Assembly: GCA_017440665.1 (NCBI GenBank)
Contig: JAFSGU010000008.1
Location: 17,987-81,986, forward strand
Reading direction: 5' to 3'
DNA from: Clostridia bacterium
Lineage (GTDB): Bacteria; Bacillota; Clostridia; Oscillospirales; CAG-272
Length of the DNA stretch: 64,000 bases
The notes beneath the pieces are model-generated. The model was not told the DNA's origin, searched no databases, and was given only the letters and a program-made list of their open reading frames with translations. Of this stretch, positions 55,115 through 64,000 are shown one piece after another (position 1 is the stretch's first letter; every line of letters starts with the position of its first letter). Made by a program: the position numbers and the translations under genes.

Positions 55115-55993
55115 ATGGAAAATACGATCGAAGTTAAAAACTTGTGCTTCACATATGAGGGCTACGGCGACGTGCCCGACGTTGAAGCTTTGCATGACGT
55201 GAGCTTTACTGTGGAAAAAGGCTCCTTTACCGCGATCCTCGGTCATAACGGAAGCGGTAAGAGTACGCTTGCAAGCGTGCTGTGTATGCTGAGCGAGCCC
55301 GCTTCGGGTGAGGTATATATAAACGGTAAGCTGATGACGGGAGAGGACGTCACCGACGAGGATGTGTTTGACGCACGCCGCCGCGTGGGTATGGTGTTCC
55401 AGAATCCCGACAACCAGATAGTTGCCTCCGTAGTGGAGGAGGACGTTGCCTTCGGCTGTGAGAATCTGGGACTTCCTCCCGCAGAGATAAGACGCAGAGT
55501 GGACGACGCCCTTGAATGTGTGGGAATGAGAAAGTACGCGAGACATTCGCCCCACAAGCTGTCAGGCGGACAGAAGCAGAGAGTTGCCATTGCGGGAGTT
55601 ATCGCAATGAAGCGGGACTGCATCATTTTCGACGAGAGCACGGCGATGCTTGACCCCATGGGACGCCGCGAGGTCATGGAGACCATCGAATACCTTAACA
55701 AGGTGGAGGGCGTGACGGTGATCCTGATCACCCACTATATGGAGGAGGCGGCGAGAGCCGACCGCGTCATCGTCATGAACGGAGGACGGGTGCTGACGAC
55801 GGGCACTCCCGGAGAGGTCTTCTCCGAACCTGAGCTTTTGTGGGATGCCGATCTTGACGTGCCTCAGACCACCGAGCTTCTCTACCGAATGAAAAAGGCG
55901 GGACTTGACGTCCGTCTTGATATATTCGATTTTGAGGAATGCGCCGCTGAGATCGCACGCGCCGTTAAAAAACGTCAGAGTGAGGTGAAGTGA
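55115..55993 (+). CDS. ecfA1: Energy-coupling factor transporter ATPase
   Basis: ORF 54968..55993. The start is at MENTIEVKNL. The motifs are GHNGSGKST, LSGGQKQRVAIAG and IFDEST. Confidence 0.9.
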   Translation: MENTIEVKNLCFTYEGYGDVPDVEALHDVSFTVEKGSFTAILGHNGSGKSTLASVLCMLSEPASGEVYINGKLMTGEDVTDEDVFDARRRVGMVFQNPDNQIVASVVEEDVAFGCENLGLPPAEIRRRVDDALECVGMRKYARHSPHKLSGGQKQRVAIAGVIAMKRDCIIFDESTAMLDPMGRREVMETIEYLNKVEGVTVILITHYMEEAARADRVIVMNGGRVLTTGTPGEVFSEPELLWDADLDVPQTTELLYRMKKAGLDVRLDIFDFEECAAEIARAVKKRQSEVK

Positions 55994-55994
55994 A

Positions 55995-56843
55995 ATGGCT
56001 GAAATAAAACTCTGTGACGTAAATTATATCTACAACAAGGGTACGCCCTATGAGGCGCACGCCCTGAAAAACATAAACCTCACCATCGGTGAGGGTATCA
56101 CGGGCATCATCGGACATACGGGAAGCGGTAAGAGTACCATGGTACAGCTTTTCAACGGACTTGCAAAGCCTTCATCGGGAAGCGTGCTTCTGGACGGGCG
56201 TGATATCTGGGAGAAGAGCGAGAGGGTGAGGGAGGCGCGCTTTCGCGCAGGCCTCGTTATGCAGTATCCCGAGTATCAGCTCTTTGCCAATACCGTGTAC
56301 GAGGATATAGCTTTCGGTCCCCGCAATATGGGACTTTCCGAGGACGAGGTAAACAAACGTGTCATAGACGCTGCAAGATTTGCCAAGGTGCCCGAGGGCG
56401 TGATGAACCGCTCACCCTTCGACCTTTCGGGAGGTCAGAAGAGAAGAGTGGCTCTTGCGGGCGTTATCGCGATGAGACCTGAGTTTCTCATTCTCGACGA
56501 GCCTGCGGCAGGTCTTGACCCGGGCGGCAGACGCAGCATCCTCGGCGGTATCAAGGAATTCGGTAAGGCAAGCGGCACCTCCGTTATCGTGGTCAGCCAC
56601 AGTATGGAGGATATGGCAAGCTATTGCGACCGCATTATCGTTATGGCATCGGGTAAGATAATCATGGACGGCACTCCCGCTCAGGTGTTCAGCCGCTACA
56701 ACGAGCTGATCGGAGTGGGACTTGACGTGCCCCAGATAACCCGTGTGGCATCTGCACTGGCAGAGCACGGACTTGATATCGGACGCGACGTTTACACCGT
56801 GGGATATGCCGCAGGAAAGCTCTCCGAGCTTTTTGATAAGTAA
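55995..56843 (+). CDS. ecfA2: Energy-coupling factor transporter ATPase
   Basis: The motifs are GHTGSGKST, LSGGQKRRVALAG and ILDEPAAGLD. It begins 1 nt after ecfA1. Confidence 0.9.
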   Translation: MAEIKLCDVNYIYNKGTPYEAHALKNINLTIGEGITGIIGHTGSGKSTMVQLFNGLAKPSSGSVLLDGRDIWEKSERVREARFRAGLVMQYPEYQLFANTVYEDIAFGPRNMGLSEDEVNKRVIDAARFAKVPEGVMNRSPFDLSGGQKRRVALAGVIAMRPEFLILDEPAAGLDPGGRRSILGGIKEFGKASGTSVIVVSHSMEDMASYCDRIIVMASGKIIMDGTPAQVFSRYNELIGVGLDVPQITRVASALAEHGLDIGRDVYTVGYAAGKLSELFDK

Positions 56844-56883
56844 GTTTTTTCACTTGAGTTAACGAAGGAATGGTTTAACCGAT

Positions 56884-57711
56884 ATGAAAATGGATATAGC
56901 CTTTGGTCAGTACTGCGAGGGAAATTCCATCCTCCACAGACTTGACCCGCGGGCGAAGCTGATCATTTCTATAATATATATAGTAGTGCTTTTCCTCGCA
57001 AAGAACGTTTTTACCTTTGCGCTTCTTACGCTGACTACGATGGCACTCGTTATCCTGTCGGGTATATCGCTGAGAGTCATCGCAGGGGGACTTAAGCCAA
57101 TACTGTTTATCGCGCTGTTTACGGCGATAATAAATATTTTCTTCTTCACGGGAGACACGCTTTTAGTGGACCTGAAGATCGTGAAGATTTACCTTGAGGG
57201 ACTGTTTAATGCGGGACTTATCGTGCTCCGTATAGTCTTACTGATAGTGTCGACCAGTATGTTCCTCACATATACGACCACGCCCCTTGCTCTGACGGAC
57301 GGCATGGAAAGACTGCTTTCCCCTCTGGCGAAGATCGGCGTGCCCGTACACGATTTTTCAATGATGATGACCATTGCTCTGCGCTTCATTCCCACCCTTA
57401 TCGAAGAGACGGGAAAGATAATGAACGCGCAGAAGGCGAGGGGCGCTGATTTTACCTCAGGCGGACTTATAAAGCGCGCCCGTGCCATCATCCCCATCAT
57501 CATCCCGCTGTTCGTTTCCGCATTCAGACGCGCGGGCGATCTTGCCACCGCAATGGAGTGCAGATGCTACACGGGAGGCGCGGGAAGAACGCGAATGAAC
57601 GTGCTTCACGCCAAGTGGTACGACTTCGCATTCGTTCTTGCGGTCACAGCCCTCGGTGCGGCGGTGGTGCTTATGAATATATACCTCCCCGGCTACACGG
57701 TAACGATGTAA
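56884..57711 (+). CDS. ecfT: Energy-coupling factor transporter transmembrane subunit
   Basis: The polytopic 275-aa protein has ALRFIPTL..E...A...ARG coupling-helix motifs. It occupies the position after ecfA1 and ecfA2. Confidence 0.88.
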   Translation: MKMDIAFGQYCEGNSILHRLDPRAKLIISIIYIVVLFLAKNVFTFALLTLTTMALVILSGISLRVIAGGLKPILFIALFTAIINIFFFTGDTLLVDLKIVKIYLEGLFNAGLIVLRIVLLIVSTSMFLTYTTTPLALTDGMERLLSPLAKIGVPVHDFSMMMTIALRFIPTLIEETGKIMNAQKARGADFTSGGLIKRARAIIPIIIPLFVSAFRRAGDLATAMECRCYTGGAGRTRMNVLHAKWYDFAFVLAVTALGAAVVLMNIYLPGYTVTM

Positions 57712-57738
57712 GGGGAAGTGTTCCGAGAGGAAGGTTCT

Positions 57739-58536
57739 ATGAAAATACTTTTGAAGCTGATGTATCACGGCGGTGCATACCACGGCTTTCAGATACAGCC
57801 TGAAGTTGTGACCGTACAGGGTACACTTATGAGGTGTTTTGAGAAGGCATTCGGCTTTCCCTGTAAGGTAACGGGATGCAGCAGGACAGATGCGGGTGTT
57901 CATGCAAGAGGCTACTGCTGTACGGTGGAGCCTGACGAAAGTGCTTCTGTGCCGCAGGTGTGGTGTACCGTGCCCGCAGGGAAGATACACAGGTTTCTCG
58001 GTATCCACCTGCCCGAAGACATATCGGTGGTGGGTGCATGCTACGTAGATGACGGATTTCATCCCCGATATAACGCAAAAAGCAAGGAATACGTGTACGT
58101 TATCCGCGACAGCGCGGTGTGCGACCCGTTTCTTTCCGACCGACAGTATCAGGTGAAGCATTATATAGACGACACGGCTGTCGCGAAGATGAACGAGGCT
58201 GCCGAAAAGCTGCTGGGATATCACGATTTCGGTGCCTTCGTGGCAAGCGGCTCGTCTATTGAGGACACAAGACGGACCCTTCACAGACTTGACGCGCGCC
58301 GTACGGGTGAATTTGAAGTTACCGTTACCGCGGCGGCGGACGGGTTCTTATATAATATGGTAAGGATACTTACGGGCACGCTTTTAGAGGTGGCTGTGGG
58401 GAAACTGTCTCCCGATGATATGACGGATATTCTTGAAAGCTGTGACAGAAGACGTGCCGGATTTACGGCACCTGCCCACGGTCTGTATTTAAACCGTGTG
58501 GATTACGGAGACCTTATAAAATTTGCCGCTGACTGA
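57739..58536 (+). CDS. truA: tRNA pseudouridine(38-40) synthase
   Basis: ORF 57718..58536. The start is at MKILLKLMYHGGAYHGFQIQ. The catalytic Asp region is GCSRTDAGVHA. Confidence 0.92.
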   Translation: MKILLKLMYHGGAYHGFQIQPEVVTVQGTLMRCFEKAFGFPCKVTGCSRTDAGVHARGYCCTVEPDESASVPQVWCTVPAGKIHRFLGIHLPEDISVVGACYVDDGFHPRYNAKSKEYVYVIRDSAVCDPFLSDRQYQVKHYIDDTAVAKMNEAAEKLLGYHDFGAFVASGSSIEDTRRTLHRLDARRTGEFEVTVTAAADGFLYNMVRILTGTLLEVAVGKLSPDDMTDILESCDRRRAGFTAPAHGLYLNRVDYGDLIKFAAD

Positions 58537-58570
58537 CGGCGGTGCATTACCCGAATAAGGAGTTGAAAAA

Positions 58571-59893
58571 ATGCCTAAGAAACAGCCACGCGAAGTGGAA
58601 GAAAAGATACGGGTAGACAGTGAGATAAAAAGAAGGAAAAACAGATATTACGAGAAGGTCTCCGACCGGTACAGGACTGTGGGAGTTTTGATAATTCTCT
58701 GCCTTGCGGTCTTCGGCGGTGTTCTTCTTCTGAAGTTCGGCGAGTATATTACTTATGACAATTTCGTGTATCTCATGCGTGACTTCAGCAGCGTAACTGA
58801 GAGCGCATCGGACTTTACCGAGGTGTCGTATCAGGCGCAGGACTCCGACGTTTTCGTCCCCTTCAGAGACGGCTTTGCCGCCGTAGGCAACAGCCGCGTT
58901 CAGATATTTGACGTGGGCGGTTCGTCTCTTCTTACGGACTCGGTGTCGCTGTCATATCCCGCCGCTGCTTCAAGCGAGAAATATCTCCTTGTTTACGATA
59001 TAGGCGGTACGACTTATTCGATCTACAACTCGATAACCAGAGTCGTGAAATACGAGACCGATATGCCGATCGTCTGCGCATCCGTTGCCGACGACGGCTC
59101 GTACATTATCGTGACAGAGGGTAAGGAGTCCAAATATCTTGTAAAGTATTATAACTCCGCCTTCAAGCTTAAGATGACGGTGCGTAAGGATAAATACGTG
59201 ACCGACGGAGCCATAAGCCGCGACGGTGAATACTTTGCCGTGTCCTCGGTATATGAGGAGGGGGCGCTGTTTATGGGCGAGGTCTCCTTCTATAAGAGAG
59301 GCGCGGACAGCGAGGCGGCATCATACACGTACAGCACGTCAATGCCCGTTTCGGCGGTATCCCACAGTAACGGAGGCTTTACCGTGCTCTTTGACGACGC
59401 GGTGAGATTCTATAACGAAAAGGGCGAGAGCGCGGGAGAATGTGCTCTTTCAGGCGAGAAGGTGACGTACTTCGACGCCCGCGAGGACGGATGTGTTCTC
59501 GTATGCGAGACAAACTCCATCGGAACGGAAAACCGTGTTTACGTTTTTGACAGCGAGGGCAAAATAACCTTTGACAGAATGGTTTCGGGCAGAGTATACG
59601 GCGTGTGTATGTCTGTCAGCAACGGTGATGCTGCGGCATACGTCATGACCGCCGAGAGTATAAATTCTCTTGCTCATAACGGGGAGGATATCACTTATCC
59701 GCTCTATGCGGGAGCTGTTTCCCTTGTTGATACGGCATCAGGTCCCCTTTGCTTCACTCCCGACAGAGCGTTCCGCTTTGCTTTTGAAAAGGCTTCTGAC
59801 GGTGAGAGCGAAGACTCATCCGTTGATACGTCGGCGGAAACTGAAAACGGAGAAAACGATACCGAAGACACGGGGAAGACCCCCGCAAAGTAA
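58571..59893 (+). CDS. Hypothetical single-pass membrane protein with a repeat-rich (beta-propeller-like) ectodomain and acidic tail
   Basis: The 440-aa protein has a basic N-terminus and a TM segment (VGVLIILCLAVFGGVLLL). I recognise no catalytic motif. Confidence 0.6.
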   Translation: MPKKQPREVEEKIRVDSEIKRRKNRYYEKVSDRYRTVGVLIILCLAVFGGVLLLKFGEYITYDNFVYLMRDFSSVTESASDFTEVSYQAQDSDVFVPFRDGFAAVGNSRVQIFDVGGSSLLTDSVSLSYPAAASSEKYLLVYDIGGTTYSIYNSITRVVKYETDMPIVCASVADDGSYIIVTEGKESKYLVKYYNSAFKLKMTVRKDKYVTDGAISRDGEYFAVSSVYEEGALFMGEVSFYKRGADSEAASYTYSTSMPVSAVSHSNGGFTVLFDDAVRFYNEKGESAGECALSGEKVTYFDAREDGCVLVCETNSIGTENRVYVFDSEGKITFDRMVSGRVYGVCMSVSNGDAAAYVMTAESINSLAHNGEDITYPLYAGAVSLVDTASGPLCFTPDRAFRFAFEKASDGESEDSSVDTSAETENGENDTEDTGKTPAK

Positions 59894-59908
59894 AAACGGA
59901 GGTATACA

Positions 59909-60619
59909 GTGGGTTACGTAGTTGATTTAATAATAGTGGTCATAGCGTTCTGCGTTATCTTTAATGCGTGGAAAAAAGGATTCGTCAAGTCTGTGGCGGG
60001 ACTTGTAACGGGAGTCGTTGCGTTTATTGCGGCGTATGCTTTTACTCCCGTTTTGGGAGAGTATATCTATAAGAACTTTGCCCTCGAGACCCTGTCGGGA
60101 GGTATCGCAAAGACTATCGGCTCTCTTTCACGAACGGATGCGGGCAAGTTTGATCTGGCATCCATGTTCCAAGACATGCCCGATGCGCTTAAACAGATAA
60201 TTGAGAGATATTCCGTGAATACGGAAAAGTTCGGCGAAATGTGTGCGGGCGTTACCGAGGGCACGGAGGCTACCGTTGAAAAAGTTTCCGAATATATAGC
60301 GGCTCCCATCGCGGACACTCTTTCTTCTGCGGCGGCGTTCATCGCTATATTCGTAGCCGCGCTCATTGTGCTGAAGCTTCTCGTATTTCTCATTGACCTG
60401 ATCTTCAAGCTTCCCGTGCTTAACAGTACCAACAAAACTCTCGGACTTCTTTTCGGCGTGGGCGAGGCTCTTGTGCTGGCGGTGCTCATCAGCAGTGTGT
60501 CTGCGGCAGTTATTACGGCTCTCGGGTCAGTTGATCCCGAAGTTTTCGGTGCTTCCGTTGTAGAAAGATCGTATATAATGAAGGTGCTTTCGTCTATTGA
60601 CCTGTTCGGTCTGCTTTAA
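59909..60619 (+). CDS. cvpA: CvpA-family membrane protein
   Basis: The gene starts with GTG. The N-terminus VVDLIIVVIAFCVIFNAWKKGFVKS and four TM segments are typical of CvpA. Confidence 0.75.
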   Translation: MGYVVDLIIVVIAFCVIFNAWKKGFVKSVAGLVTGVVAFIAAYAFTPVLGEYIYKNFALETLSGGIAKTIGSLSRTDAGKFDLASMFQDMPDALKQIIERYSVNTEKFGEMCAGVTEGTEATVEKVSEYIAAPIADTLSSAAAFIAIFVAALIVLKLLVFLIDLIFKLPVLNSTNKTLGLLFGVGEALVLAVLISSVSAAVITALGSVDPEVFGASVVERSYIMKVLSSIDLFGLL

Positions 60620-60667
60620 GACGGAAAGACATTTTGACATAGCATAAGAAAGGCAAAGCAAAACCAG

Positions 60668-62983
60668 ATGATAATGTGTTCCAGATGCCATAAGAGAATG
60701 GCAGTAGTATTTTTGACAAAGATAGAAAACGGCGAGTCCAAGCAGGAGGGCCTGTGCATACAGTGCGCCAAGGAGCTTGGTATCAAGCCTATAAACGATA
60801 TTTTGGCTCAGACGGGAATGGACGACGAGACCATTGAAAAGCTGGGCGAGGAGATGGAAGAGCTGATGGGCAATCCCGATATGCAGTCTCTGATCGAGAG
60901 TGCAGAGTCCGACGAGGGCGCAGAGGGCAGAGCACCTATGCTTGACTTTAAAAAGCTGATGAACGAGGGGCTTTTCGGCGGTAAGCGTGAGGAAGGTGCC
61001 GACGCGTCAGAGAGTAAGAAGAAAAAAGGCAAGGGAAAGGACGCAGACGGAAAGAAGGCGTCGAAATTTCTCGGCACGTATACACAGAATCTGACCGACA
61101 GAGCAAAGGCGGGCGAGCTTGACGAGATCGTGGGCAGAGACCGCGAGCTGGAGCGAATGATGCAGATACTCTGCCGCAGACAGAAGAATAACCCGTGCCT
61201 TATCGGTGAGCCCGGTGTAGGTAAGACAGCTATCGCTGAGGCACTTGCCATAAGGATCGCAAAGGGACAGGTGCCCTTCAAGCTGAAGGGATGCGAGGTG
61301 TGCCTGCTTGATATGACCGCGCTGGTTGCCGGCACCCAGTTCAGAGGACAGTTTGAGTCCCGCATGCTGGGGCTTCTCGGTGAAGTGAAGGAGAGGGGCA
61401 ACGTTATCCTTGTTATCGACGAAGTACACAGCATCGTGGGCGCAGGCGACGCTGAGGGAAGCATGAACGCCGCGAATATTCTGAAGCCCGCACTTTCAAG
61501 AGGCGAGATACAGATAATCGGCGCCACCACCATGACCGAGTACCGAAAGCATATCGAGAAGGATTCAGCTCTTGAGAGACGCTTCCAGCCTATCGTTGTG
61601 GCTGAGCCTTCCGTTGACGACACCGCAAACATCCTCCGCGGTATCAAGGGATACTACGAAAAGTACCACGGAGTACAGATACCCGCTGCGGTAGCGGAAA
61701 CTGCCGCAAGACTCAGCGAAAGATATATTACCGACAGATATCTGCCCGATAAGGCAATCGACCTTATCGACGAGGCGGCGGCACACGTTTCCATGAACTC
61801 CCCCTGTATCGGTGAGAGACATGAGATCGTTATCCGTCAGCGTGCTCTGAAGGATGAGAGAGAACGCCTTGAGGCTGAGCAGCCCGAGGAGGGCCGTGAG
61901 GCGGAATATTATCACAAGCTTGCGGAGCTGAAGAGCGAGGAGCTTCGCATCGACGAAAGAATTTCCGAACTGGACGCAGAATGTGAAAAGATATATCTTA
62001 CCGAGTCCGATCTTGCCGACGTTATCGAAATATGGACGGGTATTCCCGCGTCCGACATTTCCGAGACGGATTTTGAGCGTCTTGAAAAGCTGGAGGAGCG
62101 CCTTTCCCTCCGTATAATCGGTCAGAGTGAGGCTGTAGGTGCGGTTGCCCGTGCGGTAAGACGCGGCAGAGCCGGCGTGTCCTACAAGAGAAAGCCTGTG
62201 TCCTTCATTTTCGCAGGACCCACAGGCGTGGGTAAGACCGAGCTTGTAAAGGTGCTCTCCCGTGACCTCTTTTCTTCCCCCGAGACACTTATCAGACTTG
62301 ACATGAGCGAGTTCATGGATAAGTTCTCCGTGTCCCGCATTATCGGTGCGCCTCCCGGATACGTGGGATACGACGACGCGGGTCAGCTTACGGAGAAGAT
62401 ACGCAGAAGACCTTATTCGGTAGTTCTTTTCGATGAGATCGAAAAGGCTCACCCCGACGTTATGAACATCCTTCTGCAGATACTTGACGACGGCAGGATC
62501 ACGGATGCTCACGGCAAGGAGGTAAGCTTCGAGAATACGGTCATCGTTATGACCACCAACGCCGGAAGTTCAAATTTCACCTCTCCCGTAGGCTTTGCGG
62601 GAAGTGCCTCCGAGGCGGCAAGTGAAAAAACGGCTAAGGCGCTGTCCGAATTCCTCCGTCCCGAATTTATCAACCGAGTTGACGAGATCATAACCTTCCG
62701 CGCGCTTTCAAAGGATGATTTCACGGAGATCGCGCGTATCATGGTGTCCGATATGAAGGAGCTTCTCAGTGAAAAGGGTATCGAGCTGACGGCAACGGAT
62801 GCACTTTACCGCCACGTGGCTGAGGCGTCCTATTCCGTAAAATACGGCGCACGCAATATGAGAAGATATATTCAGCGGGAGCTTGAAGACAAGGTAGCCG
62901 AGCTGATAATTTCCACCAGAGGAGCTGTGAGAAGCATCTCCGCCGATGTTGAAAACGGGGAGATAATTCTGAGAACTGTGTAA
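60668..62983 (+). CDS. ClpC/ClpA-type double AAA+ unfoldase with an N-terminal zinc ribbon in place of the Clp_N repeats
   Basis: The Walker A motifs are GEPGVGKTAIAE and GPTGVGKTELVK. PVGFAG matches the ClpP-docking loop. The N-terminus is CSRCHK...CIQCAKELG. Confidence 0.85.
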   Translation: MIMCSRCHKRMAVVFLTKIENGESKQEGLCIQCAKELGIKPINDILAQTGMDDETIEKLGEEMEELMGNPDMQSLIESAESDEGAEGRAPMLDFKKLMNEGLFGGKREEGADASESKKKKGKGKDADGKKASKFLGTYTQNLTDRAKAGELDEIVGRDRELERMMQILCRRQKNNPCLIGEPGVGKTAIAEALAIRIAKGQVPFKLKGCEVCLLDMTALVAGTQFRGQFESRMLGLLGEVKERGNVILVIDEVHSIVGAGDAEGSMNAANILKPALSRGEIQIIGATTMTEYRKHIEKDSALERRFQPIVVAEPSVDDTANILRGIKGYYEKYHGVQIPAAVAETAARLSERYITDRYLPDKAIDLIDEAAAHVSMNSPCIGERHEIVIRQRALKDERERLEAEQPEEGREAEYYHKLAELKSEELRIDERISELDAECEKIYLTESDLADVIEIWTGIPASDISETDFERLEKLEERLSLRIIGQSEAVGAVARAVRRGRAGVSYKRKPVSFIFAGPTGVGKTELVKVLSRDLFSSPETLIRLDMSEFMDKFSVSRIIGAPPGYVGYDDAGQLTEKIRRRPYSVVLFDEIEKAHPDVMNILLQILDDGRITDAHGKEVSFENTVIVMTTNAGSSNFTSPVGFAGSASEAASEKTAKALSEFLRPEFINRVDEIITFRALSKDDFTEIARIMVSDMKELLSEKGIELTATDALYRHVAEASYSVKYGARNMRRYIQRELEDKVAELIISTRGAVRSISADVENGEIILRTV

Positions 62984-63025
62984 AACCGAAGCTTTACGGC
63001 AGGTGCCGTAAGGTCAAAGAAAGGT

Positions 63026-64000
63026 ATGGGCAAAACAATGGCCGGATACAGTAACGAGTGGCATCTGCGAGACCCCGAGGCGGTAGCATCGGTGCTGAAA
63101 AGCGATATTTACAGAGGACTTGGCAAGTCCGAGGTAAAGCGCAGAAGCAGACGCGACGGAAAAAATAATATATGGCACGTCAAGCATACCTCCGCGTGGG
63201 AATACGCGGTGCGCAGTATGGGAGACCTGACCTGCGCCGTGCTGGTCATTGCCGCGCTTACAGCCGCACTTTTTGAAAGAAGCGTTATCGCCGCGGCTGT
63301 ATGCGTCATACTTCTTGCGGGTATCGTGTTCCGCGTCATGACCTACGTGAAGGCGCGGCACATCCTTGAGGCATTGGCTGACGAGGCTATCCCCAGCGCG
63401 ACCGTCATCAGAGACGGTACGGCATACGTTGTACGTGCGGACGGCATCGTGAAAGGTGACGTTGTAGTCCTCGGTACGGGTGACATCGTACCCTGTGACG
63501 GCCGTATCGTATACGGTGAAGAGGTACGCATCAGCGAAAAGGGTATAACGGAGAACAAAAGCTCCGTTATCAAGAGAGATACAGTAATACTTACGGATAC
63601 TCCCGGTGCCGAGATACCATGTGAATACAGAGTCAATATGCTGTTTGCAGGCTCGGTTGTCCTGGCGGGCGAGTGCCGTATAATGGCGACTGCCTGCGGA
63701 GACGACGCTCTCGTATCCATGAGACGCGGAGGTCTCCTTATCCCCTCGGGTGAGGACGTGCCCGTTATGACGTCTCTCTCCGAATGGTGCAGAAGAGGAA
63801 GTGTCATAACCTTGCTTCTCGTGTTCTTAATAAGCGGTCTGTCCATCGGACTGCATATGCTTCGCGGCGGTATATTCAGCCTGACGTCTGCGTTTATCGA
63901 TGCGATGGCACTGGCGGCGGCATCCCTCAGCAGTTATCTTATGACAACGGGGTATATCGCGCTTACGGTGCCCGTCAGACGTTTGGCAGAGGGCAAGAAG
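63026..64000 (+). CDS. P-type cation-transporting ATPase, N-terminal part (runs off the window end)
   Basis: Hand translation gives MGKTMAGYSNEWHLRDPEAVASVLKSDIYRGLGKSEVKRRSRRDGKNNIW, a cation-ATPase N domain. Two TM segments follow, then the actuator-domain pattern GDVVVLGTGDIVPCDGRIV. ATG 63038 is an alternative start. Confidence 0.8.
   Translation, partial: MGKTMAGYSNEWHLRDPEAVASVLKSDIYRGLGKSEVKRRSRRDGKNNIWHVKHTSAWEYAVRSMGDLTCAVLVIAALTAALFERSVIAAAVCVILLAGIVFRVMTYVKARHILEALADEAIPSATVIRDGTAYVVRADGIVKGDVVVLGTGDIVPCDGRIVYGEEVRISEKGITENKSSVIKRDTVILTDTPGAEIPCEYRVNMLFAGSVVLAGECRIMATACGDDALVSMRRGGLLIPSGEDVPVMTSLSEWCRRGSVITLLLVFLISGLSIGLHMLRGGIFSLTSAFIDAMALAAASLSSYLMTTGYIALTVPVRRLAEGKK

Overview
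The window reads as chromosomal DNA from a spore-forming Firmicute, probably Clostridia. This is an inference from spoIVA, spoVG, glgCD, ecfA-ecfA-ecfT-truA, Gram-positive Shine-Dalgarno (SD) sites and the gene content. Most of it is ordinary, densely packed core genome. It includes the rpoB 5' end, asd, glyA, spoIVA, an M32 carboxypeptidase, ackA, tmcAL, lexA and a complete glycogen operon (glgB-glgC-glgD-glgA-glgP-GH13). It also carries spoVG, murC, uvrB, a BtuFCD/FecCD-type ABC importer operon, mgtE, rpe, ispF, ispD, two MBOAT/DHHW acyltransferase pairs, ruvC, the ECF transporter core, truA, cvpA, a ClpC-like unfoldase and the 5' end of a P-type ATPase. I found no tRNA, rRNA, cas, reverse transcriptase, integrase or recognisable defence genes. 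The stand-out is 6875-8472. A consensus extended sigma-A promoter (TTGACA-17-TGaTATAAT) and a strong plus-strand intrinsic terminator bracket about 1.56 kb of purine-rich DNA. That DNA has stop codons in all plus-strand frames and no plus-strand ORF in the supplied >=60 aa track. I propose it as a candidate large non-coding (or micro-ORF-only) RNA. Its 3' half holds at least six degenerate copies of a module: a small hairpin pairing an SD-like AGG with CC, then AATG, then a 2-5 codon mini-ORF. I cannot match it by eye to any RNA family I know. Secondary observations: a frameshifted YidC/Oxa1 domain fused to an LtaS/sulfatase domain, an unannotated 40-aa Cys/Gly-rich membrane micropeptide, and an AT-hook/histone-H1-like tail on GlgB. 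Others are a RAYT/IS200-like Y1 transposase homologue coupled to murC, a nested inverted-repeat element, and a 26-bp perfect palindrome inside overlapping divergent ackA/tmcAL promoters. All homology calls come from my own reading of the translations. No database search was run.
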